A stretch of DNA of 64,000 bases from a virus. Location of the stretch: the IMG/VR virus record IMGVR_UViG_2084038018_000001, positions 1 through 64,000 of that record. One strand, given 5' to 3'. Below, in pieces: positions 1-10,700 of the stretch; position 1 is the first letter of the stretch; every line of letters begins with the position of its first letter. The translations under genes and the position numbers were made by a program. The notes under the pieces were generated by a model that saw nothing but the letters and a program-made list of their open reading frames with translations, was not told the DNA's origin and did no database searches.

Positions 1-441
1 GTTCTCCCTGCTGAAGCCGCAGATAAGACTGGCGTTTGGGCATCCTCAAACGAAGCAGTCGCTACGGTTGATCAGACGGGTAAAGTGACCGGTGTATCTG
101 CGGGTAACGCGAACATCACCTTCACGACCACTGACGGTGGGAAAGTCGGTACGACTGCGGCGGTTATCGCAGTGGCCGTTATCGTTCCGACCTCCGTTTC
201 AGTAACCCCGGCGTCTCCGACCACGACTGTTGGCGGAACCGTTAAGCTGAGTGCTTCAATCACTCCGGCAAACTCTACTGACAAGACCGGCGTGTGGGCT
301 TCCGCCACCCCTGCAGTAGCGACTGTCGCTCAAGACGGTACCGTAACTGGCGTATCCGAGGGTACTTCCGTGATCTCCTTCACTACCAACTCTGGTGCGA
401 AGTCGGCAAACCGCACTGTGACCGTCGGTCCAGCTGCTTAA
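1..441 (+). CDS. Ig-like (Big_2-type) domain protein, C-terminal fragment; 5' end outside window
   Basis: Frame 1 is open from base 1 (VLPAEAADKTGVWASSNEAVATVDQTGKVTGVSAGNANITFTT...). Two tandem copies of the DKTGVWAS..AVATV..G.VTGVS.G..I.FTT pattern typical of bacterial Ig-like group 2 domains. The stop is followed by a terminator. Confidence 0.7.
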   Translation, partial: VLPAEAADKTGVWASSNEAVATVDQTGKVTGVSAGNANITFTTTDGGKVGTTAAVIAVAVIVPTSVSVTPASPTTTVGGTVKLSASITPANSTDKTGVWASATPAVATVAQDGTVTGVSEGTSVISFTTNSGAKSANRTVTVGPAA

Positions 442-444
442 TAG

Positions 445-469
445 AAGGCCCTTCGGGGCCTTTTCTTTT
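445..469 (+). terminator. rho-independent terminator
   Basis: GGCCC-TTCG-GGGCC hairpin (447-460) followed by TTTTCTTTT, directly after the stop codon. Confidence 0.7.
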
Positions 470-475
470 AAACTA
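468..475 (+). promoter_or_regulatory. candidate rightward promoter box TTAAACTA
   Basis: One of five TTAAA[AC]TA / CTAAAATA boxes lying 19-31 nt upstream of start codons of rightward units (468, 1701, 21583, 29131, 58898). Confidence 0.3.
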
Positions 476-501
476 ACCTCAGGACAACTCGCGAGGTTAC
501 T

Positions 502-1662
502 ATGTCTCAACTCATCCAACTAGTTTTCAACGAACCCGTTCCCGTGGGCGACGAAGTGTATCCGGAAGGACACCGCATGCTCATCCCGGCAGAACAGGTC
601 TTCGGTTCCCATGCTCGCAGACAGTTAGCCCCGTTTGATCTCTTCGACACCGGCCTTGAGCTGGTCCGTGATCTTGACGACGGCTTCTACCGCTTAGCAT
701 ACAACATCGAGATTACGATCGGTGCACGCACTCTTCGTCAATCCGATCTGTTCTACTATGAGCTACCGACAGCACTCGCTTTCGGCTGGCTGACGGCGAT
801 CGTCAATCAGAACGGTTCCTTCACGCTGCGTCAGTCGGATATCTCCGTTCTGGCCGCCGGCACCACGGTTAACCCTGGGGCTGAGAATACCGTTAACCTG
901 ACGTTCTTCTATCAGGGTAACAAGGTGGCCGTAACCGGTCCTGCTCTGACGCCAAGTGAGAACGGTACGTTCGATCTGAAGGTGACGGCACCGGTTCGCC
1001 CAGGCTCCTGGCAGTATGACGTTCGCTTCAACTACGAGGGAATCGACTACGACTACCCTCTGAGTCTGAGTGTGCTGCAGCCAGGATTAGTGATCACTAA
1101 CGTGACGCCCTCCATGAAGGCGGGTGAGCTCGGTCTACTCCAGTTCTCCGTCGAACGCGATACCCTGGACCGCCCGAATGTGGCTCTGATCTCAGCGGCG
1201 ATCGATGGCGGTACCCCGGGTGAACTTCACCCTCTGCACGACAACGTGTACGGGCTCGAAGTGACACCGAAGGACGTCGTCTTCACAATGAACGTTCGCC
1301 TCGTCCTGAGCATCGACGGCTGGCTTGTTCCTTGGAACACCTACGTCTTGGTCACCCAGAAGGATGCATCCTCAGAGATCGTGTCCGGCGACGTGCTGAC
1401 GTTTAACCTGACCCAGGTCGTGAAGATCCGTGTGATCTCTGAAGGTAAGCCGGTCAAGACTCTGACGACCAAATCCCTGGTCCTGTCCGGATCGCCGTCC
1501 TATCACACCTACGCGAAGTCTCTCGTGAAGGTAGAGGATGGCCTTTACCAGTTCTCCATCTACACGAACAACATTGCCGGTACCATGTATGCCGATATCG
1601 TTGTGACAATCGATGGAGTAGATCTCGCCTTACCACGCTTCCCGATCACAGTTCGAGCGTAA
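502..1662 (+). CDS. virion fibre/decoration-like protein, short paralogue of the giant protein
   Basis: 386 aa with GAGG 5 nt upstream. The N-terminus aligns by eye with the next gene (IPAEQVFGSHARR vs IPIDQVFGTHRAR). Contains about 4 copies of the same G-x-[YF] module signature (DDGFYRLAY, ENGTFDLKV, HDNVYGLEV, EDGLYQFSI). Confidence 0.55.
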   Translation: MSQLIQLVFNEPVPVGDEVYPEGHRMLIPAEQVFGSHARRQLAPFDLFDTGLELVRDLDDGFYRLAYNIEITIGARTLRQSDLFYYELPTALAFGWLTAIVNQNGSFTLRQSDISVLAAGTTVNPGAENTVNLTFFYQGNKVAVTGPALTPSENGTFDLKVTAPVRPGSWQYDVRFNYEGIDYDYPLSLSVLQPGLVITNVTPSMKAGELGLLQFSVERDTLDRPNVALISAAIDGGTPGELHPLHDNVYGLEVTPKDVVFTMNVRLVLSIDGWLVPWNTYVLVTQKDASSEIVSGDVLTFNLTQVVKIRVISEGKPVKTLTTKSLVLSGSPSYHTYAKSLVKVEDGLYQFSIYTNNIAGTMYADIVVTIDGVDLALPRFPITVRA

Positions 1663-1700
1663 ACTTAACAGTTCCCCTCTGGACGCCAGCGGGGATTCTG

Positions 1701-1708
1701 TTAAACTA
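1701..1708 (+). promoter_or_regulatory. candidate rightward promoter box TTAAACTA
   Basis: Identical octamer to 468-475, 30 nt upstream of the ATG at 1739. Confidence 0.3.
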
Positions 1709-1738
1709 TCAGAGAACTTTTCAACCCGAGGTCAATCC

Positions 1739-4700
1739 ATGCAGATTACTAAATTAAGCTTTTTGAGTACACAAGCCGTCGGGGATAACGTTTTCGCCAT
1801 CGAGGAATTCCTCGATATTCCAATCGACCAGGTCTTCGGTACGCACCGTGCCCGTGAGAAAGCCCTCTTCAACTTCATCGACTCCGATGCCGTGGAGAAA
1901 GTCTCACGCGATACCTGGAAAATCGTCAAAGACATCACACTGGATGCCGCTAACGTAAAAATGCGTCAGGGCGACTTCTTCCGTGTACGTCTGGACGAGG
2001 AAGGCGATGACTCCCCTATCCACTTCGGGCTTGATGCAACGGGCGTATTCGTACTGTCCCGAGCAGTCTTTGCCTCTCTGCAAACCTACCGTGTTCTTGA
2101 ACCAGGTGTTCAGGAAAGCGTCCGCATGCAGTTCACTTTTGGTGGCCAGCCTGTCATCGACGCTAAGCTGACGTCGAAGTTCTCCTCTATGTCACTGGTT
2201 CCGGTAGATGCTACCGCGGGTATCTATGAGCTCAAGGTCTTCACGGCCATGGCCCCAAGCGATGACATCATCAGCATCGAAGTGACAGGTACTTCACTGG
2301 GCAATAACGTCTATGAAGCACCGGTACGTTTAACCGTGCGTGAGCCCGTTCTGACAATCGTTCCGATCGATGTACAGATGGCCCAGAAGCAGACCAAAGG
2401 CGTGACCTGGCAGCTGCTGATGGAAGGCGTTCCGGCTCCGGCAGCCATTCCCGTTCAGGCACAACCTGACGAATTAATTCGTAAAGTCCTGTCGTTCACC
2501 CTACTCGACGCCACTCAGGCGATCTACGAGATGCGTGCGACTGCAGGCGATACCCCAGGCACATCTCCAGTCGTTAGCACCTATGATTTCGGCCGCGGAT
2601 ACATCGCTACGAAAGAAGTAGACGTGAACATCGAGGTTGCCCCGGCGGTATTTATCACTCAGGATACGCAAATCCTGGAAGCCAACCAGACTCAGCTGAT
2701 CCGCTTCTACGCGAAGTGGGTAGACGGCAACCTGCCAGTCACAAACGCTCAGTTCTCAACGACTGACATCCGTGGCCCAGGCATTGAGAGTGTTGAGCCT
2801 ACGCTGATTGCCCTTGATCCGGCAGCCGGCCTGTACGCTTATCGCGTGACGACCAACCATAAGGGTGGCCCGGTCTCCGTGCGTACCAACATCACCTCTA
2901 ACGGTATCCCTTACCCAGTCTTCTTCGATCTGACCTCGAAGTCGACTCCGGTGACAGCTATTGCCCTGAATACTCTGCCTGCGGCGGCGACCGAATGGCT
3001 CACCTTCCGCGTTCAGCAGGAGCGTTTAGGCGGTCTGACCCCTCTGGTAGGCGTAGTCGCTAAGCAATTCACCGTAACTGGTGTACCGGTCGTTGGCGTT
3101 CAGGGTGCAGTGGAAGCTGTTGGCCAGGGCGTTTATCGTCTGAAAGTCGTCACGAATGATCGTGGTGGCCAGGTTAATGTATCTGCCGTTCTGACGGTCG
3201 ATGATGAAGATCACGCAGTGTCCTTCACTACGACTGCTGCCGCTCTGTCTCAGGCAATGGTGGTTTCTACCGGTCCAGCACTGACGGGTGAACAGACTCA
3301 AGCCGTGCCTGTCGAAGTTCGCTTCGAGGGTCAGCTATATGATCTGGGCACACCGAGCGTGATCGTAACGGGTAACTCACTGATCTCCTATGGCGCCCTG
3401 CGTCGTACCGGTGTCGGTAAGTATGAAATCCAGAGCGTGAACGTGAACGGCAAAGGCGGGATCCTGAGCATCTCTGTCACCGGTAAGGTTCAAGGCTTCA
3501 ACCAGACTCTCGGTACGACCGTAGCGGTCAACCCAGTCTCGGCTGTCGTTGCGTCTAACATCACGCACTACCGTCCGACGACTCAAGGTCCACTGAAGTT
3601 CACCGCCCTGCGTGATGGCGTAGCGCTGGCCCTGACGTTCTCTAAGGCAACCTTGACAGGTGCCGTGACAGACTTCGACGGTACCATTGAGACGATCAAT
3701 GCGAACACCGGGGAGTATCAGGTCAAGAACGCAGTCGCTTCTGCTCCGAGCGTCCAGTCTCCGATCGGTATCTCCGCTCCGTACAAGCTGAAAGGCTATT
3801 CGTACACGCTCGTGTTCAACTCGTACACCGAAGCGATGCCGACGCTGACCGTTGACACCCAAGACGTGATCCCAGCGGGTGACGTGAAGACCGATTACCG
3901 CCTGTACTTCGCAGTCGACGGCGTGATCGCTAACCTGCAGGACAGCAATGTCTCAGGAAGCGGCACATCCTTCGTGTCTATGGATTCCCCTAAGCTGATG
4001 CAGATCAGTGATGGCATCTGGGCCGTTCAAGGTCTTCTGCCGGGTCCTGACCGTGGGCAAATCGTCATCTCCGGTACTGTGCTGATTGATGGGATTACCT
4101 ATCACATCAACGTTCCGATCCGCACCAAGGACACCAAACCTGATATCGACAACCCGGATATCCCGCCTGGAACCGATCCAAGTGAGATCCCAGGGTCTGG
4201 CGACGACGGCGAACCAGGTCCGAACGACGATCTGCCATACCTTGGTCCGATCGAAGGTCTGGAGCCTGAGCTGTATCAGACGGTGTACTTCAAGCTTGCG
4301 AAGAAGGGCAACCCAATTGGCGACGCGACGCTGGCTAACGGTATCGTAACCGGCCGGGCGATCGAATCGTACGACGGTTTTGCTCTGCATGACGCGGCGA
4401 CCGGCACCTATCGCTTCAACGTGATGACCAATGGTCTCGGCGGTTACGTCGAAATCAACGTGGATATCACCATCGACGGTGACGTTTACCCGACAACCTA
4501 CCGTTCATTCGCTAAGAAGGCGAAGGCGTGGGCTGTAGTGTCAAGCTCATCTCTGGCTTCTGCGACTTCCGGCCAGGAAATCCTGTTCTCCATCACTAAC
4601 GACGGCAAGACCATCGGTTCTCCGTACCTGCGTGCTCTGGATGTGACAGGCTCTGTGGTCCGTGCTGCTTCGAAGAACCTGGAAGGCCTCGGCAACTCTC

Positions 4701-7700
4701 CGTACTACACGTACCGTACCGGCGGAATCCGTATCGGTTCTCCAGCAGGCGACGTGAAGCTGTCGATTCAGGGCTCCACCAACAACATCAACTGGCATGA
4801 CATGGAGAAGATCTGGGCGCTCCCAGAAGCCTCTAAGCCGATTGTGACCGTTGGGCCGATGATCCCAGCTGTAGCGACTTCTACTCTGACCTTCCGTATT
4901 CAGCGTAATAGCCTGCCGCTGTTCGCTCCAACCTTCGCTAACCTGTCTGTTTCAGGCGAACCGGTTGACGTAGCGACTCTGGACTGGGTGAAGCTGAACG
5001 CCAATGGCACCTACGGGACGACGGTGAAGACCAACGATAAGGGCGGCGACATCAATGTGTCCTTCGACGTGATCGATGATGGCGTGACCTACCACTACGA
5101 CCTGATTGCTCAGGCGGATATCGTTCGTCCATGGACTGCCGTACTGAAAACGACGTCACTCAAGCCTGAGATTGCAACCAACATCGACTTCCAGTCTATG
5201 TACGGTGGCGCTCCGGTCGCGATGACCAATCCGAAGGTGACTGTAGTCGGTGACTGCCTGGTTTCTCCAACGGCTGAAATCACTCCGATCTACCAAGACG
5301 GTGTGAACCAGATCTACCGCGTGCCGAATGTCCTCGTGAACAACGATGGTGGCCCGATCACGCTGGAAATCTCCGGTACCGTGTACGACCAGCAGGTCTC
5401 TACCGTGCTGCAAATGACCGTGACGCCACTTCCGGACATGCAAATCGTTGGTGTAACCACTGAACTGCCGTTCCGTCAGACCTCTGACTGGACCTTCAAG
5501 GTTAACCGCGGTGAGGATAACCCATCCGTCTTCGCATCCAATGCTGTGAGCAATCTCTCAGTGACCGGTGCAGCGGTAGCGGGCTACACTCCGACGGTCG
5601 TGCCGGTAAGCAACGGCGTGTACAAGGTTTCCGTACAGACTAACTCTCTGGGTGGCACCGTGAGCATGGCCTTCGACGTGACTATCGCCGGACAGACTCA
5701 TCACCTGACTCTGGACGTGGCCGCAGCTGTAGAACCACCAGTAACGGCTCGCAGCATCAACACGCTGGAAACGAACGCCGTCGCAACCAACCTGGACTTC
5801 CAGCTGATGCGTGGTACCGTACCGTGTGCTGATTCCTTCCTCGTGAAGAGCGTGTCGATCACCGGTCGTTCAGTGACGTCTTACCCACAGAGCGTGATCA
5901 ACGTTGACGTAGCGAACGGTAAGTACCGCATGCAGGTTAACACCTCAGCGTACTCTGACGTGGCTCACGTGACGATTAACGCGACCGTACGCGGGGAAGA
6001 TACCGTACTGACCTTCGACGTGCAGATCGCCCAGGGCGTGCTGCCAACGGTCTCTATGGCGTCCGATTCCTTCATCTACAACCTGATGTCTTCAGGCGTC
6101 CTGGCATTCAAACAGGGTGAGACTGCGATCACCGGTGTGACCGTGACGGCAGTGGAAGGCCCTCTGGATCAGTGGACGGTTTCTGGCACGACGCTGAACG
6201 GTATTCCGACGCAGAAAGGCCAGTCAACGCTGAACATCACGTTCTCGTGGAAGGGTGCGTCTTACACCGGTTCCGTTGACATCATGCCTGCGAACTCCAT
6301 CTTCGTGACCCCGATTGGCGATCCGAAGCTGAAGGCTTACGTGGCAAACAAAGTGAACTTCCCTCTCGTTCAGGAAAACGGTTCTGCCTACCCGGGCACG
6401 ACGACGTTCTCCGTAGCGACCGGCCCATTCACGGCGACCACGCTGACTCAGGAAGCAGACGGTACCTACTCGATGAACCTGACGTACGCAGGCGAGTTAC
6501 TGCCTACGAACATCATCGTTACGGCGACGAACGGCTCTGAAATCACGAAGCACATCATTGCCTACTCGGTATGGTTCAACCTGGAAGCCCGCTTCACTGG
6601 AACGGCTCTGCTGGACTCTACTCAGGTGAGCAACCAAGTGCAGTTCGACGTGTGGGAAATCAACCAGAACAACGTGAAGTCTGTGTACTCCGGTGTGCAG
6701 CTGAACTCTCTGGACGTGAATGCTCCGAACGAAGACGACCTCATCGGGTTCTCAACCTTCTCGATCATGTCGGCTACGCAGTACCGTGGGACATTCCTGG
6801 TTTCAACCCAGCCGGTCGACCTGTCGGACATGACCTTCCAGTTCTTCTGGACGTCTCCGCTCCGTACTTACACCATCAAGGGTAAATTCCGCGTTCAGAA
6901 GCCTATCGTGGCGACCTGGATTCCGAAGGACCTCGAAGGTGGACGTCAGGATACCGTGCAGTTCTACCTGAAGTCTGGTTCTATGCCGATTACTGATGCC
7001 GTGGATGCGACGTCTACTGTGACAAACGCGACCATCAAGAAGGCACCGTATGTTGTTGACTCAGCAACCGGTCTGTACGCAATCGACGTTCAACCGTCAG
7101 GTAACGCAACCACGATGACCGTGACGCTGAAGGTTAAGCAGGCGATCAACAACCTGACGAGCACACTGACGGCGAAGAGCCTGCCAGTAACGCCAGGTGC
7201 GTACGCTGCTGTGCCGACGCTGACGCTGAAACGTCAGATCGAGTCTCAGAACCTGGACATGCAGTTCACTCAGGGTGGAATCCCTCTGTCTGGCGTAACG
7301 GTTAACTCCGTGACCTTCGACGGTGCGATCCAGTCTATGGGTGCCGTGACCGTAGTATCATCAACGACTTACCGCTGGCCGACCGTCGTTTCTCTGGATG
7401 GTGCGACACCACACATCATCTTCAACATCACCGTAGGTGGTGTCGGTATGGTGCTGGAAGTGGATTACCCGATTGCCGATCCTGTGAAACCAGATCTGGT
7501 ATTCAGCGGTACGCCGACGTTTACTCGTGGACGCGTCACTACACCTCTGTTCAAACTGCGTCTGGGTTCTACTGTATACTCCGTGACGAGTGCTGCGAAC
7601 ACCCCTTACAACTTCAGTGGGTTCAAAATTACTGATGGTGCAGATAACTTCACGGCTAATGGTCTCGTCTCTGAGACAGACGGCGGTGGTCGTATCACCG

Positions 7701-10700
7701 GTTGGCTGAAGATGAACTTCTTCTCGCTGAAAGCCGGTACCCAAATCCTGAAACTTGATGTGTCGATGAACGGCGTGATTTACCACACCGAAACGACTAT
7801 CGACGTGGTGGATGGTGCGATCGTCGAGTGGATCGGTACCTATGATCTTCGTGCGAAGGCAGAGACGACGATGAACTTCCGTATCTCACCTCCGGCAGGT
7901 GTGACTCTGGATCCGACCGTAGTTCCAACGTGGACGACTCAACCTTATCCGATCACTCAGGCAACTGTAGCGAACGGTGACGGTACGTACACCATGAAGG
8001 TCAAGCCGACTGCTGAAAGTATCGGGGGAAATGGGGTGGGGACCATCGTGTCCGGCGGCGTGACCTATAACTTCGGGTCTCCTCCTCTGCAAGTACTGTG
8101 GAACCTGGCCTTCGGAGTTAACAACACGGCAGTCTTCCCGGTGGAAGTGGCGAGTGCGACGATCTACTCCTACAACCAGCGTGCAGTCGATGCTCTGGAT
8201 GGATCTGCTCTGACTTGGCGTCTGGACGGTTACGGTGGCAACATCAGTAATATCCGTGCGACCGCAGATGTGGATGTGATCAACGGTACCCCAGGGTCTG
8301 TCGTGAACAACACCTACAGCACACGCTTTAACGTGCCGACCAAGAAAGTCGACTTCGCGAACATCCTGTTCACCTTCGACGTGACGTCCGTGACGACTGG
8401 GTATGTTTATAAAGATCTGACAGTTAAGGCTATCGCCTTTGATACTGTGATCTGGACATACATCCCACCGACAGACGGCTACCTGTCTGGCCAGAAGTAC
8501 GACATTCAGTTCAAACTGACCTACCAGACCTCTGGTAAACCGGTGACGAACGCCGTCTACAAACAGGCTCACGGTGCAGTCGGGTGTACGACAGATGCAG
8601 TCTTCAAGGTTATCGACGCTGCGAACGGCATCTATGCCGTACCGACGACGATCGCCCAAGGCGGTACAACGTTCTCCGTTACTCCACGTGCAGGTTTCGT
8701 GGTAGATGCGGCTCAGAACTTACTGTCATACACTACCTTGGCTGGTGCTCAGCAGACTATGTCCGCGTCTTCTGCTCTGACATCGATTCTACCTATTCTG
8801 TCTGCATACGCAAGCGGCACGGTAACAACGCTTCGTCCTCAGTACCTCGGCTTCAAGTCATCCCCACAGGCTGGACTGAGCGGTCAGACAGTAACGAACA
8901 TGACGACGACGAGCTATGCTCCTGCTCAGACTCTGAATGGAACTGAACTTGATCCTAACCTGTGGTTCGTAGCGGTGAACGCGGGGGCTAACCCAACAGC
9001 TCCTCAAGACGGTTGGACGGTGACCTATCCGATGACGCCTAACATTACCTTCAGCAAAGACGGTGTGGATTCAGTCTTCCAGTTGAATGCGACTGTTTTC
9101 AGCAACGTCGTGCCGGTTACTGCGATGACGGAAATCACTACTCTGGGTGGTGAAGTCCATCTGACCGTACAGGCTGGCGTGACCTCAAGCTTCACGGCTA
9201 TGGGCTCTATGCCTTGTGATGGTTGGACGCTCTATGGTATCGACGGTGAGGTAATCAATGGACTCGGCGGTGCGGTTTCAACGTACGCGACTGACACTAA
9301 GGTTCACCTGAACCTGCCAGAGCTGCCTGCAATCCGTCACGGTGTTCTGGTTGTCCGTACGATGAACTCGACGAACAACTTCAAGATTCACGTGGGTGCG
9401 ACGGACGTTAACGTCGTCAAACTGAACAAGGCCCCAATCTCAAGCGGAGGAGTAATGACAATCGGTGCCGCAACAACGGTTACCTTCTCACTGACCCCAC
9501 CGGACGGTGTGACCTACTCGAACCCAACGGTGACAGTGGAGAATAACCCATGGACGACGTCAGGTACGCTGGTTGATAATGGCGACGGTACTTACAGCAT
9601 CACGATCACTCCTGATGTTGAGACTGGTGGTCGTATCATCAAGCTGAAAGTCGTGAACGCTGGCCAGACTTACTACCACGGCGTGAAGACCGTTGCGAAG
9701 GACTCTGTTCCTTACGGCGTTGGAATTGCTAGCGTGGCAGGTGAAACACTTGGTAACTTGAACGGACCCGTCCTTTACATCACGAAGAATGGCGTAGAGC
9801 AGATGTGGAACCTGTCAGGTAACGAAGCGACACTGCCTCATTCTTCTGTCCAGCTGTCTACGACGGCGACCGGAGTAACGATCAACCCGACTCAGTACCA
9901 GAACAATACGCTGTTGCAGCGTCTTGGTATTTTCGCTACGTCCTCGGCACCGGCAGGTTCTGCGGACTATGCGGATATCAAAACTGAGTTCGATGTCATC
10001 TCTCCGGTGACAGGCCTGACGTCTCATCTGTCGTACATCCAGGGTGTGGCGAAAGCCTACAGCATCACGTGGGATACGACGGTCATTCCGGTTTGGGGCG
10101 TTGAGACTGTCATTCCGTTCACCATGAAGTATACGAGCAGCTCTGGCCCTGTGACTAACCTGGGACTGGTGTCTGCGAGCATTACTTCTGGTACGGCGAC
10201 GGTTAAGCAGGAACTGGTAACTATCGATGCGGCAACCGGTAAGTACGGCGTGAAGGTAACGACAGGCTCTACTGCGAACTGTACTCTGTCTATCACCGTC
10301 CGTGTAGGAAACCGTGTGAACACCGATACTTATTCCCGCCTGTTTGCCTCTACGGCAGGTGCAACGGTAACGATGGCGGCGATGGCAGGAGCGACACGTA
10401 CAATCGGGATCAAGCTTGCAGGTGCGACAGCAGGTGACGTGATCACGGCAACGGGTGAAGGTGCGATCATGGACGCTACTAGCGGTTCATGGACGCCGAC
10501 GGCGAGCGGAGTGATCTTCGTGCCTCTCCCAGCGTCTAACCGTACTCGTCCGACGAACACGAACACTACGCCGAGCACGGTCGATACGTTCACCATCACG
10601 TATACTCGTGGTGGACAGACCTATACCGTACCATGTTCGATTACCGTGTTCTGGCTGAACGCGAAGGTTACCGGCTTCACCATCACGAGCGACCTGCTGC

